From: Eledone cirrhosa
Lineage: Eukaryota
Direction of reading: 5' to 3'
Assembly: GCA_964016885.1 (NCBI GenBank)
Contig: OZ024742.1
Location: 281,914,001 to 281,978,000 of the forward strand
Length of the DNA stretch: 64,000 nucleotides
Shown: in pieces, positions 1 through 10,760 of the stretch
How the letters are laid out: every line of letters begins with the position of its first letter
Numbering within the stretch: position 1 is the first letter of the stretch
Translations under genes and position numbers: made by a program
The notes under the pieces: model-generated
The model's database searches: none
What the model was told of the DNA's origin: nothing
Seen by the model: only the letters and a program-made list of their open reading frames with translations

Positions 1-777
1 AACTTTGAATCTAATATATATATTAAACGAAGCATCGTGGAGAAAAGCATTAAACATTATATTCGCAGTGGTTAACTGTTAATTAAAGAAAACCAAACAC
101 GCTGAGGCAAGGAGCCTTCTCTTAAATAGCAAGAATGCGCAATACCATTTTGACAACATTTCGCTTCGGAAACCTCTGTAGTCTTGTTTCCTTATTTGCG
201 ATGCACCACTTACCCCATGTAGTCGGATGGAAAAGCAGCTGGATAATTATACACAATTACTTGGAAGCGTAGTCTGCCAAAGTAACTTTGTTTCCATGTC
301 ATGCCTATTCTACCAGGACCCATCAGACTACTTTTTCCTTATGTCCATCTCTCTCCTACGTCCTGACAACGCAATCGTTTTGTTTTGTATTGAAATACGC
401 GAGAGCTGTTTTTACTGCCATCACGTCAGCTGCAAAGCATTTTCAAATCACTCTTTTTAACTCTTAACATCTCTACCAAAATCATATTAGCAAGACATTC
501 TTGAGTAGTGCAAAACTGCTTTACATTAAATATTGACGTTTTCACTCAAATACTGCAAATTTTCATTAGTTATCCCTTTAATCCATTTGTCTGTATTTCT
601 AATTTTTAATATATTCTATCGATTCTACTGAATGATTCTTCTTCAAAGGGTCCAATCACCAGTTATTGTTTATCACTGCCCTCAACTCCCGTCCAAATAA
701 ATGGCCAATCCAGTCACAGAAAGATTACCGCGACTAGAACGAGAGGTTAACTTTCTAGTAACCGACCTGTACCTAGT

Positions 778-968
778 CAGACCTGCCAACTTCTAAAAAC
801 ACAAACGGGGAGTAACATAAAATATAGTGCCCCACAACAGGGAGAAATGAGGTAAAATTGGAAGATTTTACATGATAAAAGCTATACTCATTTTCCCAAG
901 AGAAGACATCTCTCACCCACCCCAAAGGCTATTGCAAATGTCTCCGTAAGACGGGGAGAGTTTGTAAA
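778..968. mobile_element. Short non-autonomous DNA-transposon-like repeat (MITE), copy 1
   Basis: Begins CAGACCTGCCAAC. Alignable along its length to 44020-44205. Right end GGGGAGAGTTTGTA is a degraded TIR. Confidence 0.5.
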
Positions 969-1039
969 TTGAGCACAAAAAATGTAGTAACAGTACTTCA
1001 TTTTATCATTCTGGAAGCTGAAAATCAAAATTGATTAGG

Positions 1040-1220
1040 GGTGTTTTGAACTCAGAACTTGTAGTTATGTAACTAAATGTCGGAAGACATCTAGTCATAT
1101 GCTCTACCGATTCTGCAAATCTCAGCTTTGTACCGTTAATAATAATCGACCCCAGTGCATTACTGGTGCTTTATTTTATCGACCCCGTAAGGATGAAAGG
1201 CAAAGTTAACCTCGGCTGTA
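1040..1220 (-). mobile_element. tRNA-derived SINE (family 1), partial/rearranged
   Basis: Carries the reverse complement of the recurrent family core GGTTAACTTTGCCTTTCATCCTTACGGGGTCGATAAAATAA, seen many times in the window. Confidence 0.75.
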
Positions 1221-1984
1221 CCGTTAATAATAATCAAAATGATTCTATCATTAACAATCCTACTAGGCAATGAGGTAGGTCCGAGTTCGATCCCACAGTG
1301 TGATAACATACAGAGAGAGAGAGAGGGAGATACTAAACAGTGTGAATAATGAGAGACTAAATAGTGAGAATAATGAAGAGAAAATATCTAAACATAATAT
1401 CGAGAAAGAAGGAAAGATAAATACTAACCTGTGTGATTAGAGAGAGAGGAGGAGACTAAAAATGTATGAATAGAGACAGAGCAGTGACAACACTGTGAAT
1501 AAAGAGAGAGAAAGAGGCTGACATACAGACAGACAGGTAGAGACAGTAACAAACAAGGAAATGAAACAATATAAAAATTATAGCTAAAATGTCGTTCAAA
1601 GAAAGTGAAATTCTCATAAGAAATTACGAAAGAAAAATAAGAAAATAACAATGTCTAACTGACATGAGAGAAAGATAGAGAGGGTGAGGGGGGAGAAAAA
1701 GAGGAATATATATATATAGAGAGAGAGAGAGAGAAATGTTTGTTTGATCAAATTTGGAAATACTGACATTTCACTATGGATTCTTTATTGGGTTAAATCT
1801 TGTGTAAACATTGTTGTTGTTAAATATTGTTGTTGCTAATGTTATTTTCAATATTGTTATTATTGTTGTTGCTATCTTTTCTTGCTACTGTTGTTGTTGC
1901 TGCTGTTGTTGTTAGTGTTATTGGTATTCTTATTATGACCATCATTATAACTATGGTCGTTATTTTTGTTTCCGTTATTGTAAT

Positions 1985-2120
1985 CCCGCCGAGGTTAACT
2001 TTGCCTTCCATACTTACGGGGTCGACAAAATAAAGTACCAGTAATGCACTGGAGTCAATTTAATTGACTTGCTCCTTCCCTAAAATTGCTGGCCTTGTGC
2101 TTAAATTGGAATCAAATAGT
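1985..2120 (+). mobile_element. tRNA-derived SINE family 1, 3' part
   Basis: TCCCGCCGAGGTTAACTTTGCC...GGGGTCGACAAAATAAAGTACCAGT...GCTGGCCTTGTGC. Confidence 0.8.
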
Positions 2121-2305
2121 ATAAGCATTATCATCATTATTGTTACTATTATTAGTTGTTGTTGTTGTTGTTATTGTTGTTGTTGTTGTTGTTGTTGATG
2201 CCGTCGTTGGTAGTGTTATTGATAATATTGCTTTATTGTTGGAAATATGGCGGAATTGGTACGTAAAATTATTCGTCTGGTTTCTGTTTTATGAATATAA
2301 AATGT

Positions 2306-2347
<42 letters not shown>

Positions 2348-2477
2348 AGCGCACGTGTATGTGCGTGCGCGCGCATGCGTGTGTGTGTGTATATATATAA
2401 AGTAGGTATGTTGAGAAAACGGTGAGCAAAATTTGGAAATTGAATTAGGTCTCGCGGTAAATTTGACTAAATAAATT

Positions 2478-2692
2478 AGTCTAATATTAATGGGGCGTAT
2501 AAGCCCAGTGAACGAAAAAAGATGAACATCAGCAATCATGAGTTTCAAACCCACTCTTCTTGTTTTGCAGGACAAGTGCGCTACCGTTTGTACGGCAAAG
2601 AATAGGCAGGGGATCGATCCCCTGTGGGCTGATGTTCAACTTTTTCCGGCTTATAAGCCCTGTTATTAGATTATCTATTTTCGTCAATGTTA
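2478..2692. repeat. Imperfect inverted repeat enclosing a tRNA-like head on the minus strand
   Basis: Arms TCTAATA..TATAAGCC..GAACATCAGC / GCTGATGTTC..GGCTTATA..TATTAGA. The centre reads GGTAGCGCACTTGTCCTGCAAAACAAG..GGGTTTGAAACTC on the minus strand (A/B-box-like). Confidence 0.5.
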
Positions 2693-2881
2693 CGGTGAGA
2701 TCATAGAATTCAATAAATTGTTATATTTGGGAAGTGTCGTATTGTTATAATATTGCCAGAAATAATAACAGAATACACTCGCTGTTTGGTGTGGGTTGGT
2801 TTTCGCTTCTGTATATTTTATATCTCCATAGTTAATTTATCTGGCAATCAATGTTTATCATTGATTGACCAACGCTTAAAA

Positions 2882-2922
<41 letters not shown>

Positions 2923-4184
2923 ATCAAAGTTCTTTCATCACACATCTGTGACATCATCAGTGGTACTATTTTGTTTCCTACTATTGTATTGTAATGCCTA
3001 CGCCGTTTTTTTTATTTGCAAAACAATTATATATAAATTGATATATATATATATATGTGGAGGGGGTCGGTGTGTGTGTGTGTGTGTGTGTGTGTAATTC
3101 CACCAATCTATTTCTCCTGATTAATACTTTATTTTATCGAAATCGAAATGCAGAGGAGAAGTAAATTTTACCTAGGTGGGATTTGAACCTAGAGCGCTGG
3201 CAAGAAATCCTGCAAGGCATATCATACAGCTCTTTAACAATTCATTAGAATCCAATTGCTCTGGTCTGTTATTTCGTTTTATCGACCCCGGAAACATAAA
3301 GGACAAATTTACCTCGGTTTAATTTGTGCAAAAAGCGCAGAGAGTTTTGATCAAACAATACAAAACATCTCGTTCGAGGCTATTACTGAACCTCAAATGC
3401 TGAACGGCACTTCAGCGCGATTTAAACTTCGAAGGCAGAAAACCAGGAAAAATATTACAATGCATCTAATCCAACGCTCTCACGCGTCAGTAAAGGAACT
3501 GGGATGGAATTATTACGATGAAGAGTGTTCCATTTGTTTAATCAACGGATCAGCCTACTCGTGAAATTAACATGAAAATTGCAGAATATTCCACAGAAAG
3601 GTGAAACTGTCAACTTAATTCTCAGGGAGATTCAGCGCAACTTACAAATCACGCGTAACAATAAAACTGGCACTTTGAATTACAAGGACAGTCGATCGTA
3701 TGGGCTTCCAAACAATTTTGGTCACACTAATTTCACTCATAATGTTGGGATTGACTCGATGCCACGATGTAGGATTGAATCGGAGAGCAAATGATTGCCA
3801 AGCGAAAGTTCTAATTATTTGACTATGCAGCGTACATAGCTGCTGTACTCTAATAATCGATTCACTATATTTCGTTACAACCGCAATCAACAACGACACG
3901 TAAGAGGCTCTTTTGTGGGTCCCTCAATACAGTGAGCTATATTGATCAGCATCGTCTTAAACTTCACGCTCTCCTTTCTTCATCTCTGCTTCATCAATAG
4001 TCCACAGCTCTTTTCTATTTCTTATGATGTTAAGTCGTTAGATATCGGACCTGTTGCGTGATGTGTAATAGGTTTTCAATAGATTCATAGCTTCACGGTC
4101 TATCGTTGTTGTTCTTGTTATCGATGTTGTTCTTAGTATTATAGATATCATTATTGGTAGTACCCGTCTTCGCTTTCTTAACTT

Positions 4185-4256
4185 TCTTCTTCTTCTTCCT
4201 CTTCTAGTGCCACTATTACATCTTCTTCTTCTTCTTCTTCTTCTTCTTCTTCCATT

Positions 4257-4317
<61 letters not shown>

Positions 4318-4355
4318 TACTACTACTACTACTACTACTATTACTACTACTACTA
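4185..4355. repeat. (TTC)n / (TAC)n microsatellites
   Basis: Directly visible. Confidence 0.95.
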
Positions 4356-4448
4356 ATCCATTTATGCGTTTCTTTCTATCTCCCTCACCCCCTATCACAT
4401 CATCACTACCCCACTCTCCCGCCCTGTCTTTTATTCTTTATGTATGTA

Positions 4449-4479
<31 letters not shown>

Positions 4480-5280
4480 GTGTATGTGTTTATATGTTTC
4501 TCTCCCTCCTTATCTCGTTCCTTCTACCTCTTACACCCGTCTCTCATTCTCCACGTGATATTATCTAATCTCTCCAATAAGATCATTGAACATTTGGTTA
4601 TATTTTATGTCAGTCATGTGACATTGTTATGTAATACTGCACTCTGTATTGATTGATTTATAGTTTTACATATCGATCTTCAATGTTTTCAGTAATCTCT
4701 GTTTTTCTCATTTCACAAAACACACACGCACATAAACATTATTTCTTTCTGATACACACGCGTACACACATTTTTTTCTCTGATTCTTTATTTGTGTAGA
4801 CGGAATTGGCTGTGTAGCTGCCTGGGAAGCGATAGACATACCATCAAAGATGGTACCCCTCCGAGTCAATCACTGGTTCAGGGACTGTGAATGAATGTGT
4901 GTGTGTGTGTGTGTGTGAACATCCAACTTTCTCGTCAGCCTCTCCCATGGCAATGTAGTTTCGTGCATAAAATTTGAGATTGCTAACTCCATATATAATG
5001 TTACTATATAATTATACCATATATAAATTGTGTAGAATTGTTATTTAACCCCAGGCCAACCTCTTCGAACAAACATAATAGCAAAGGCATTACTGCCATG
5101 TTCCTCACATTTCTGTAAATATATAGCAAGCAGCATTATCTAGTGTGTCCTTTCTTTATTTCAGTATGGAGAAATTGTTATTTCTAGCAGGTTGAACGAG
5201 CGCCTGTAAGTTACATTGTGCTAGGAATTATGTATTCATTTCATTTCTGACACACACGCGCGCATACACGCACACACTCA

Positions 5281-5490
5281 TATGGCTGAGTGGTTAGAGA
5301 ATTGGATTCACAATCTTGACGTTGTGAGCTCGATTCCCGGACCGGGCGATGCGTCATGTCCTTCAGCAAGACACTTTATTTCACGTTGCTCCTTCTACCT
5401 GGAGTTGCGACCGATAGATAGTATTAGCAATTGGAAAGACCAATGGAAGCATTGTTTCCTCGGCCCGATTTGACAAAAGGTGATCGACTG
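5281..5490 (+). mobile_element. tRNA-derived SINE family 2 with CORE-like central domain
   Basis: A box TGGCTGAGTGG, B box GAGCTCGATTCC, then TGTCCTTCAGCAAGACACTT. Homologous to 52305-52500 and 45458-45750. Confidence 0.75.
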
Positions 5491-5670
5491 TCGATATATA
5501 TATATTGCATTAAAAAAATATAGATGTCATGTTTCAGAAAATTTCAAATTTGCGCCTATCCCCTGTAGTATAAGCTCAAAGAAAAATTCAAGGAATAAAT
5601 CCGAAAATTTATATATATATAGATATATATATATTCGATGAAGAGGCTCGATAAGGATTATGTATATATA

Positions 5671-6750
5671 CTAGCAATGTATCCCGGCGTTGCACGCGTA
5701 AGAACATTGGTAGTAGCACCTCCAATGAGAAACGTTTATTTGTGAGTGCCTGTTAAAAACTCACGAAAATATACCGACACGAAACTTGTGTTATTTTGAG
5801 AAAATTAAGAAGTTGAAAATACAGTTTAGCTGTCTACGTGCATTGTTCATAGAAATATTGTTGAGAGCCTTCTTTTCATACTCCTGTTTTGGCCTTTTGG
5901 AGTAAATGCGAAAGAGAAAGTCACAGGTTAAGTTGGCAGAAGGTTCCAGTGTCATTGCAATAAGGCGTAGGCTACTTACCTCAAAAGTTCAATCGCACTC
6001 TTTCCACTAAGTTACTCTTGCTCTCTATCCCTCTCGGTGTAGTCCCTTGCGAATTTCTCGCGTAGGCCTGGTGTAGATTTGCACCCGATCCATCTGCCTG
6101 ATGCACATGTCCGCTTTGTACGGCTTTTGGAGGAAGGAGTGACCAGCAGTACGTTGTTCGGTATTATTACGAAAAGGTGTAGCAGAGAATCCCGCGTGAA
6201 CTAACAGCTCGGGAGGAAACTGCTTACCTCGAAGATTCATTTGCCATCGTTCTTGTCAACGCTCCGTTTAGTTGGTATTTGTTGGTCTACAGTTAGATGA
6301 ATGGCGCACAAGGGGTTAATGTTTATTGGCAAGAAGTGCAACTGGGCTGGGTTGCCTCGCTTATATTCAAATAAAAGATTAAAGTTTAAAGATTTAAAAA
6401 ATCAATATGTGACTGCAGAAGTAAATATTTCGAAAAACGTTGCAGCCGAAGGAAAACAGGAAGAAGATACTTTGGTTCGTGAAGACGTTCTTTGGCAATG
6501 AACGGAAAATAGCGAACATAATACGTCATCAATGTTTGTCAGAATGTCGTAATGCAGACAGCCAGGCATACATACAGATATTATAAGGGCGCGACGGAGA
6601 TGGATAACCGGCGCCTAACACCCGTTTAACAACAGAAAATTAAAAAATAAATGCTGCAGTTAATATCTTTAGACCACAAGGAATATATAAATGCAAGTTT
6701 GAAGTCAATCGGAGTAGAAATGTGGATTTGTATAGACTTTGCAAATATGA

Positions 6751-6784
<34 letters not shown>

Positions 6785-6789
6785 CTACA

Positions 6790-6790
<1 letters not shown>
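5671..6790 (-). mobile_element. Non-autonomous Helitron-like element
   Basis: Minus-strand 3' end ...CGCGTGCAACGCCGGGATACATTG-CTAG|T (GC-rich subterminal motif plus CTAG). The 5' part with a (GT)n tract matches the copy at 8971-9512, which starts A|TC. Confidence 0.7.
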
Positions 6791-6821
<31 letters not shown>

Positions 6822-6953
6822 GTGAGGTTTTTTTTTACAAAATGAAAAATAACCGGGGTGTCCTACACGAGTGGAAGTATAAAGAAAAAGAGATGAAATC
6901 GAAAATGCAACTGAAGTCTTATTTTTTTTTTAAATATATATATTTATTTGGTT

Positions 6954-6991
6954 CCTTTACCGGTTTCGCAGTTCTTCTGCTTTTCAAAAGG
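6954..6991 (-). ncRNA. Minimal type I hammerhead ribozyme, U3-A8 core variant
   Basis: Minus strand reads CCTT-TTGAAAA-GCAG(AAGAA)CTGC-GAAA-CCGG-TA-AAGG. Stem I CCTT/AAGG, stem II GCAG/CTGC, palindromic stem III ACCGGT, GUA triplet. Confidence 0.7.
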
Positions 6992-7131
6992 TGAGTTGAG
7001 ATGGAGGGTCTGTGGTTTTTCTCACATCTGTGGTTTTTCTCACATATATATATATATTTAAATATATACTATATATATATATATATATATATAATTATTA
7101 TTATTATGTAATAAACAACATAAGGCAATTA

Positions 7132-7191
7132 TTCCATTTACCAGTGGTTTCTTAAAAGCAAAAGGTTTTGCTTTCAATCCTCAGAATGAAA
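7132..7191 (-). ncRNA. Type I hammerhead ribozyme (intact core)
   Basis: Minus strand: TTTCATT-CTGAGGA-TTGAAAGCAAAA(CC)TTTTGCTTTTAA-GAAA-CCACTGG-TA-AATGGAA. Confidence 0.8.
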
Positions 7192-7227
7192 AATCCTGGT
7201 TTGTTTCAGTGGTAACAAACCAGGATT

Positions 7228-7287
7228 TTTCATTCTGCGGATTGAAAGCAAAACCTTTTGCTTTTAAGAAACCACTGGTAAATGGAA
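7228..7287 (+). ncRNA. Hammerhead copy with mutated core (CTGCGGA), likely inactive
   Basis: Mirror copy of 7132-7191 with an A6->C substitution. Confidence 0.65.
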
Positions 7288-7389
7288 TAATTGCCTTATG
7301 TTGTTTATTACATAATAATAATAATTAAGCTCTGTTGCATACAAAGAGCACTCTTTTTTCCTGGACTTTTCCGATGGAATTACTTCATT

Positions 7390-7459
<70 letters not shown>

Positions 7460-7676
7460 TAAAAGGAATTTCAACTTTGTCTGATTTACTCGTTTTATTT
7501 ACAATCCTTTAAAATTATAATGATATTATAATGAAATAGTATGGTAGAATATTAAATGTTAAGTGTTAATTGAACAAGTATTTTCATGCTTTCGCAATCT
7601 TCAAGTTCATATTCAGTGGTGACAGTCAAGTTTGCAATTTTATATAAATCCACATTCAATAAAAACACCAGCATTT

Positions 7677-7736
7677 TTTCATTCTGATGATTGAAAGCAG
7701 ATTTGTTTACTTTCTAGAAACGACTGGTAAATGAAA
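7677..7736 (+). ncRNA. Type I hammerhead ribozyme, diverged member of the same family
   Basis: TTTCATT-CTGATGA-TTGAAAG..CTTTCTA-GAAA-CGACTGG-TA-AATGAAA. Downstream tail ending GGAATTACTTCA-(TA)n is shared with 7290-7390. Confidence 0.75.
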
Positions 7737-7829
7737 TAATTATCTTATGTTGTTTATTACATGACTATTAAGCTCTGAAACCTACATAGAGCACTCTTTT
7801 TTCCTGGACCTTTCCGACGGAATTACTTC

Positions 7830-7868
<39 letters not shown>

Positions 7869-7875
<7 letters not shown>

Positions 7876-8674
7876 ACGTAACTGTCTTTATCCCATTGCA
7901 GAAACTAATTAGTTGGAGTGAAAATTTAAGTAAGTAAAAAATTTTTTTAAAAATTTTTTTAAAAAAAATATTTTCTTATTTTACGTCCTTTATATTATTG
8001 TTCTGCATTCTCCTGCATTGAACCACCTAGGTACTATGACATAACCTGTGTATTTGCTGGCATTGGCGTGCATCTGTGCGCTTATGTTAGTTGATATATT
8101 AAATTATCTATATTTATCTCCAAATCACTGATTTGTCGAGCAAACTTGTCAAAACCACTTCTAAAGAAAAATTTTTTTTGGGGTGTTAGTAGGCGTCAGT
8201 CATCTTACCATCCCATTCCTTCTAACTAGCCTCTGTGTCACGTGATTGATTCTTTAGAATCGGCCATTTGACTTGAAGCAGTGAGAATTTCGGTACATAG
8301 AATCCAGTCCTCGCAAGCTGTTCGATCTACCGAATTATTATTATTTTTATATGAGCCGCCAGTGTCCGCGCATTGCCTGGAGACTTAACTGAGAATAGAC
8401 TCCCTGATGACGCAATGAATTCTCGACAGTTGGATTACGTAACTGTCTTTATCCCATTGCAGAAACTAATTAGTTGGAGTGAAAATTTAAGTAAGTAAAA
8501 AAAATTTTTTTAAAAATTTTTTTTAAAAAAATATTTTCTTATTTTACGTCCTTTATATTATTGTTCTGCATTCTCCTGCATTGAACCACCTAGGTACTAT
8601 GACATAACCTGTGTATTTGCTGGCATTGGCGTGCATCTGTGCGCTTATGTTAGTTGATATATTAAATTATCTAT
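7869..8674 (+). mobile_element. Retrozyme-like / Penelope pseudo-LTR-like element with a 561-bp period
   Basis: 7869-8113 is repeated almost identically at 8430-8674. A hammerhead spans the start of the second repeat. Flanked by (TA)n; no ORF. Confidence 0.7.
8399..8480 (+). ncRNA. Type I hammerhead ribozyme with extended stem II
   Basis: ACTCC-CTGATGA-C-GCAATG..(GACAGTT/AACTGTC hairpin)..CATTGC-A-GAAA-CTAATTAG-TT-GGAGT. Palindromic stem III ACTAATTAGT. Confidence 0.8.
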
Positions 8675-8699
8675 ATATATATATATATATATATATTAA

Positions 8700-8938
8700 A
8701 AGAACAGATTAAAGGTTAAGCAAAGAATGGCTGCTTTCACCCTTAACGGGATCTTCTGAAACTAAATAAATCAATCTGTGAACGCATATATATATATCGT
8801 CTTCCTGTTTTCCTTCAGTGGTAACGTTTTTCGAAATATTTATTTCTGCGTCCACAGAATGATTTTTTTTTTTATTTTGAGAAGATCCTGTTAAGGGTGA
8901 AAGCAGCGATTCTTTGCTTAAACTTTAATCTGTTCTTA
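8700..8938. repeat. Inverted repeat of a sequence also present in the Helitron family
   Basis: AGAACAGATTAAAG..CACCCTTAACGGGATCTTC versus GAAGATCCTGTTAAGGGTG..CTTTAATCTGTTCT. Confidence 0.75.
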
Positions 8939-8970
8939 TATATTTGTTCTACGGGTTTATATATATATTA

Positions 8971-9042
8971 TCTATACATATATATAAAACTGTAGTTGTG
9001 TGTGGGTGTGTGTGTGGGGTGTGCGTGGGTGTGTGTGTGTGT

Positions 9043-9124
<82 letters not shown>

Positions 9125-9510
9125 TCATTTTTGCAAAGTCTATACAAATCCACATTTCTACTCCGATAGACTTCAAACTTGCATTTATATATTCCTTGCA
9201 GTCTAAACATATTAACTGCAGCATTTATTTTTCAATTTACTCTTGTTAAAGTGGTGTTAGGCGCCGGTTATCATCTCCGTCGCGCCCTTATAATATCTGT
9301 CTGTATGCCTGGCTGTCTGCATTACGACATTCTGACAAACATTGATGACGCATGATGTTCGCTATTTTCCGTTCATTGCAGAGAACGTCTTCACAAACTA
9401 AAGTATCGTCTTCCTGTTTTCCTTCGGTTACAACGTTTCTCGAAATATTTACTTCTGCGGTCACAGATTATTTCTTTAGTTTCAGAAGATCCCGTTAAGG
9501 GTGAAAGCAG

Positions 9511-9512
<2 letters not shown>
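8971..9512 (+). mobile_element. Non-autonomous Helitron-like element, 3'-truncated copy
   Basis: Starts A|TCTATACATATATATAAAACTGTAGTTG(TG)n. 9120-9470 is the reverse complement of ~6405-6755. Confidence 0.7.
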
Positions 9513-9566
<54 letters not shown>

Positions 9567-9974
9567 AAAGAACAAAACGAGGTTCCACATTAAGGTTTTT
9601 GTTGATTATCTACTATCACGACCGTTTCACAGATGAGTGGCTCAGGATTTATGTTAATGCTATAGACCCGACTCCACCCCAGTCTGCTCATTCAAATTGA
9701 TAATAAAAAAATGAATGTGAAAACTGTCATAGCATAGAGTGCTGATTTTGGTAGCTTCCCCAGAGAATCACGAATCTACTGAACCACTTTATATATATAT
9801 ATAACCCATGATATGTAACCATAGAAGTAGATGTATATATTTAGTGTGAGTGGAATAGTAGCTTCAAAGCCAACCTTTCCACAATTTGATTTGGAGATAG
9901 AATATAGTAATACTATATATATAGTATTGAGATTACATTGAGTACTTACACAAAGACAAAAAATAATTATTATA

Positions 9975-9975
<1 letters not shown>

Positions 9976-10022
<47 letters not shown>

Positions 10023-10067
10023 CAGCAGCAGCAGCAGTAGTAGTGGTGGTGGTGGTGGTGGTGGTTT

Positions 10068-10130
<63 letters not shown>

Positions 10131-10252
10131 CAGCAGCAGCAGTAGTAGTGGTGGTGGTGGTGGTGGTGATGGTGGTGGTGGTTTTAGTAGTAGTAGTAGT
10201 AGTAGTAAGGTAATAGTAGAAGAAGAAGAAGAAGAAGAAGAAGAAGAAGAAG
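9976..10252. repeat. Compound (GTA)n/(GCA)n/(GTG)n/(GAA)n microsatellite with internal duplication
   Basis: Directly visible. Confidence 0.95.
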
Positions 10253-10654
10253 CAGACTATGAAATCATAAAATATGAAGTCTCGCTTTTTATATATTTCA
10301 TGTGACAATGAAATGTAAAAAAGTTTGTGTTGTTTTTTTTATTGTTGTCGATATTGCTTAAAGTGTTGCTGTTGTATTTTGTTTTTTATGTTGATTTTGT
10401 TGATATTTTTGTTGATGCTGTTGTTAAAAAGTGATAGCTGAATATAAAACAAGCATTAGTTGAAAATATGAAACAACAAGAGTTAAATTATATATATGCA
10501 TGTGTTTTATGTGTGTGTGCGCATGTGTGTTGTGTGTGTATGTGTGGGTGTGTTTCTATATAAAGTAAATATAAATTAGAATAAAAAGATTATGATTTAG
10601 AATTATATGCAGAATAGATAATCAAATAATAAAACTAAGAAAATTATAATTATT

Positions 10655-10760
10655 TCTACTTTTGGCACAAGGCCAGCAATTATTCCAGTGTATTACTGGT
10701 ACTTTATTTTATCGACCCCGGAGGATCGATAAAATAAAGTACCAGTAATACACTGGGATA
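10655..10760. mobile_element. SINE family 1 fragment folded into a palindrome
   Basis: CCAGTGTATTACTGGTACTTTATTTTATCGA..TCGATAAAATAAAGTACCAGTAATACACTGG. Confidence 0.75.

Larger units (their letters stand above)
7092..7327. repeat. Near-perfect fold-back inverted repeat (~114-bp arms, 8-bp spacer), one hammerhead per arm
   Basis: 7092-7205 is the reverse complement of 7214-7327 with about one mismatch. Confidence 0.9.

Noticed and set aside
230-720. Possible highly decayed RTE-like 3' end on the minus strand
   Set aside because: Similarity limited to a few residues (KRLR, TW); cannot be supported by eye.
9481-9512. CAGAAGA-T-CCC(GTTAA)GGG-T-GAAAGCAGC as a hammerhead
   Set aside because: Core U4 and the UH cleavage site are non-canonical in all copies seen, and there is no stem I.
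9606-9706. Minus-strand hammerhead-like fold (TTGAATGA..GAAACGGTC)
   Set aside because: Stems are plausible but the core has an extra base and C3 is changed; too degenerate to call.
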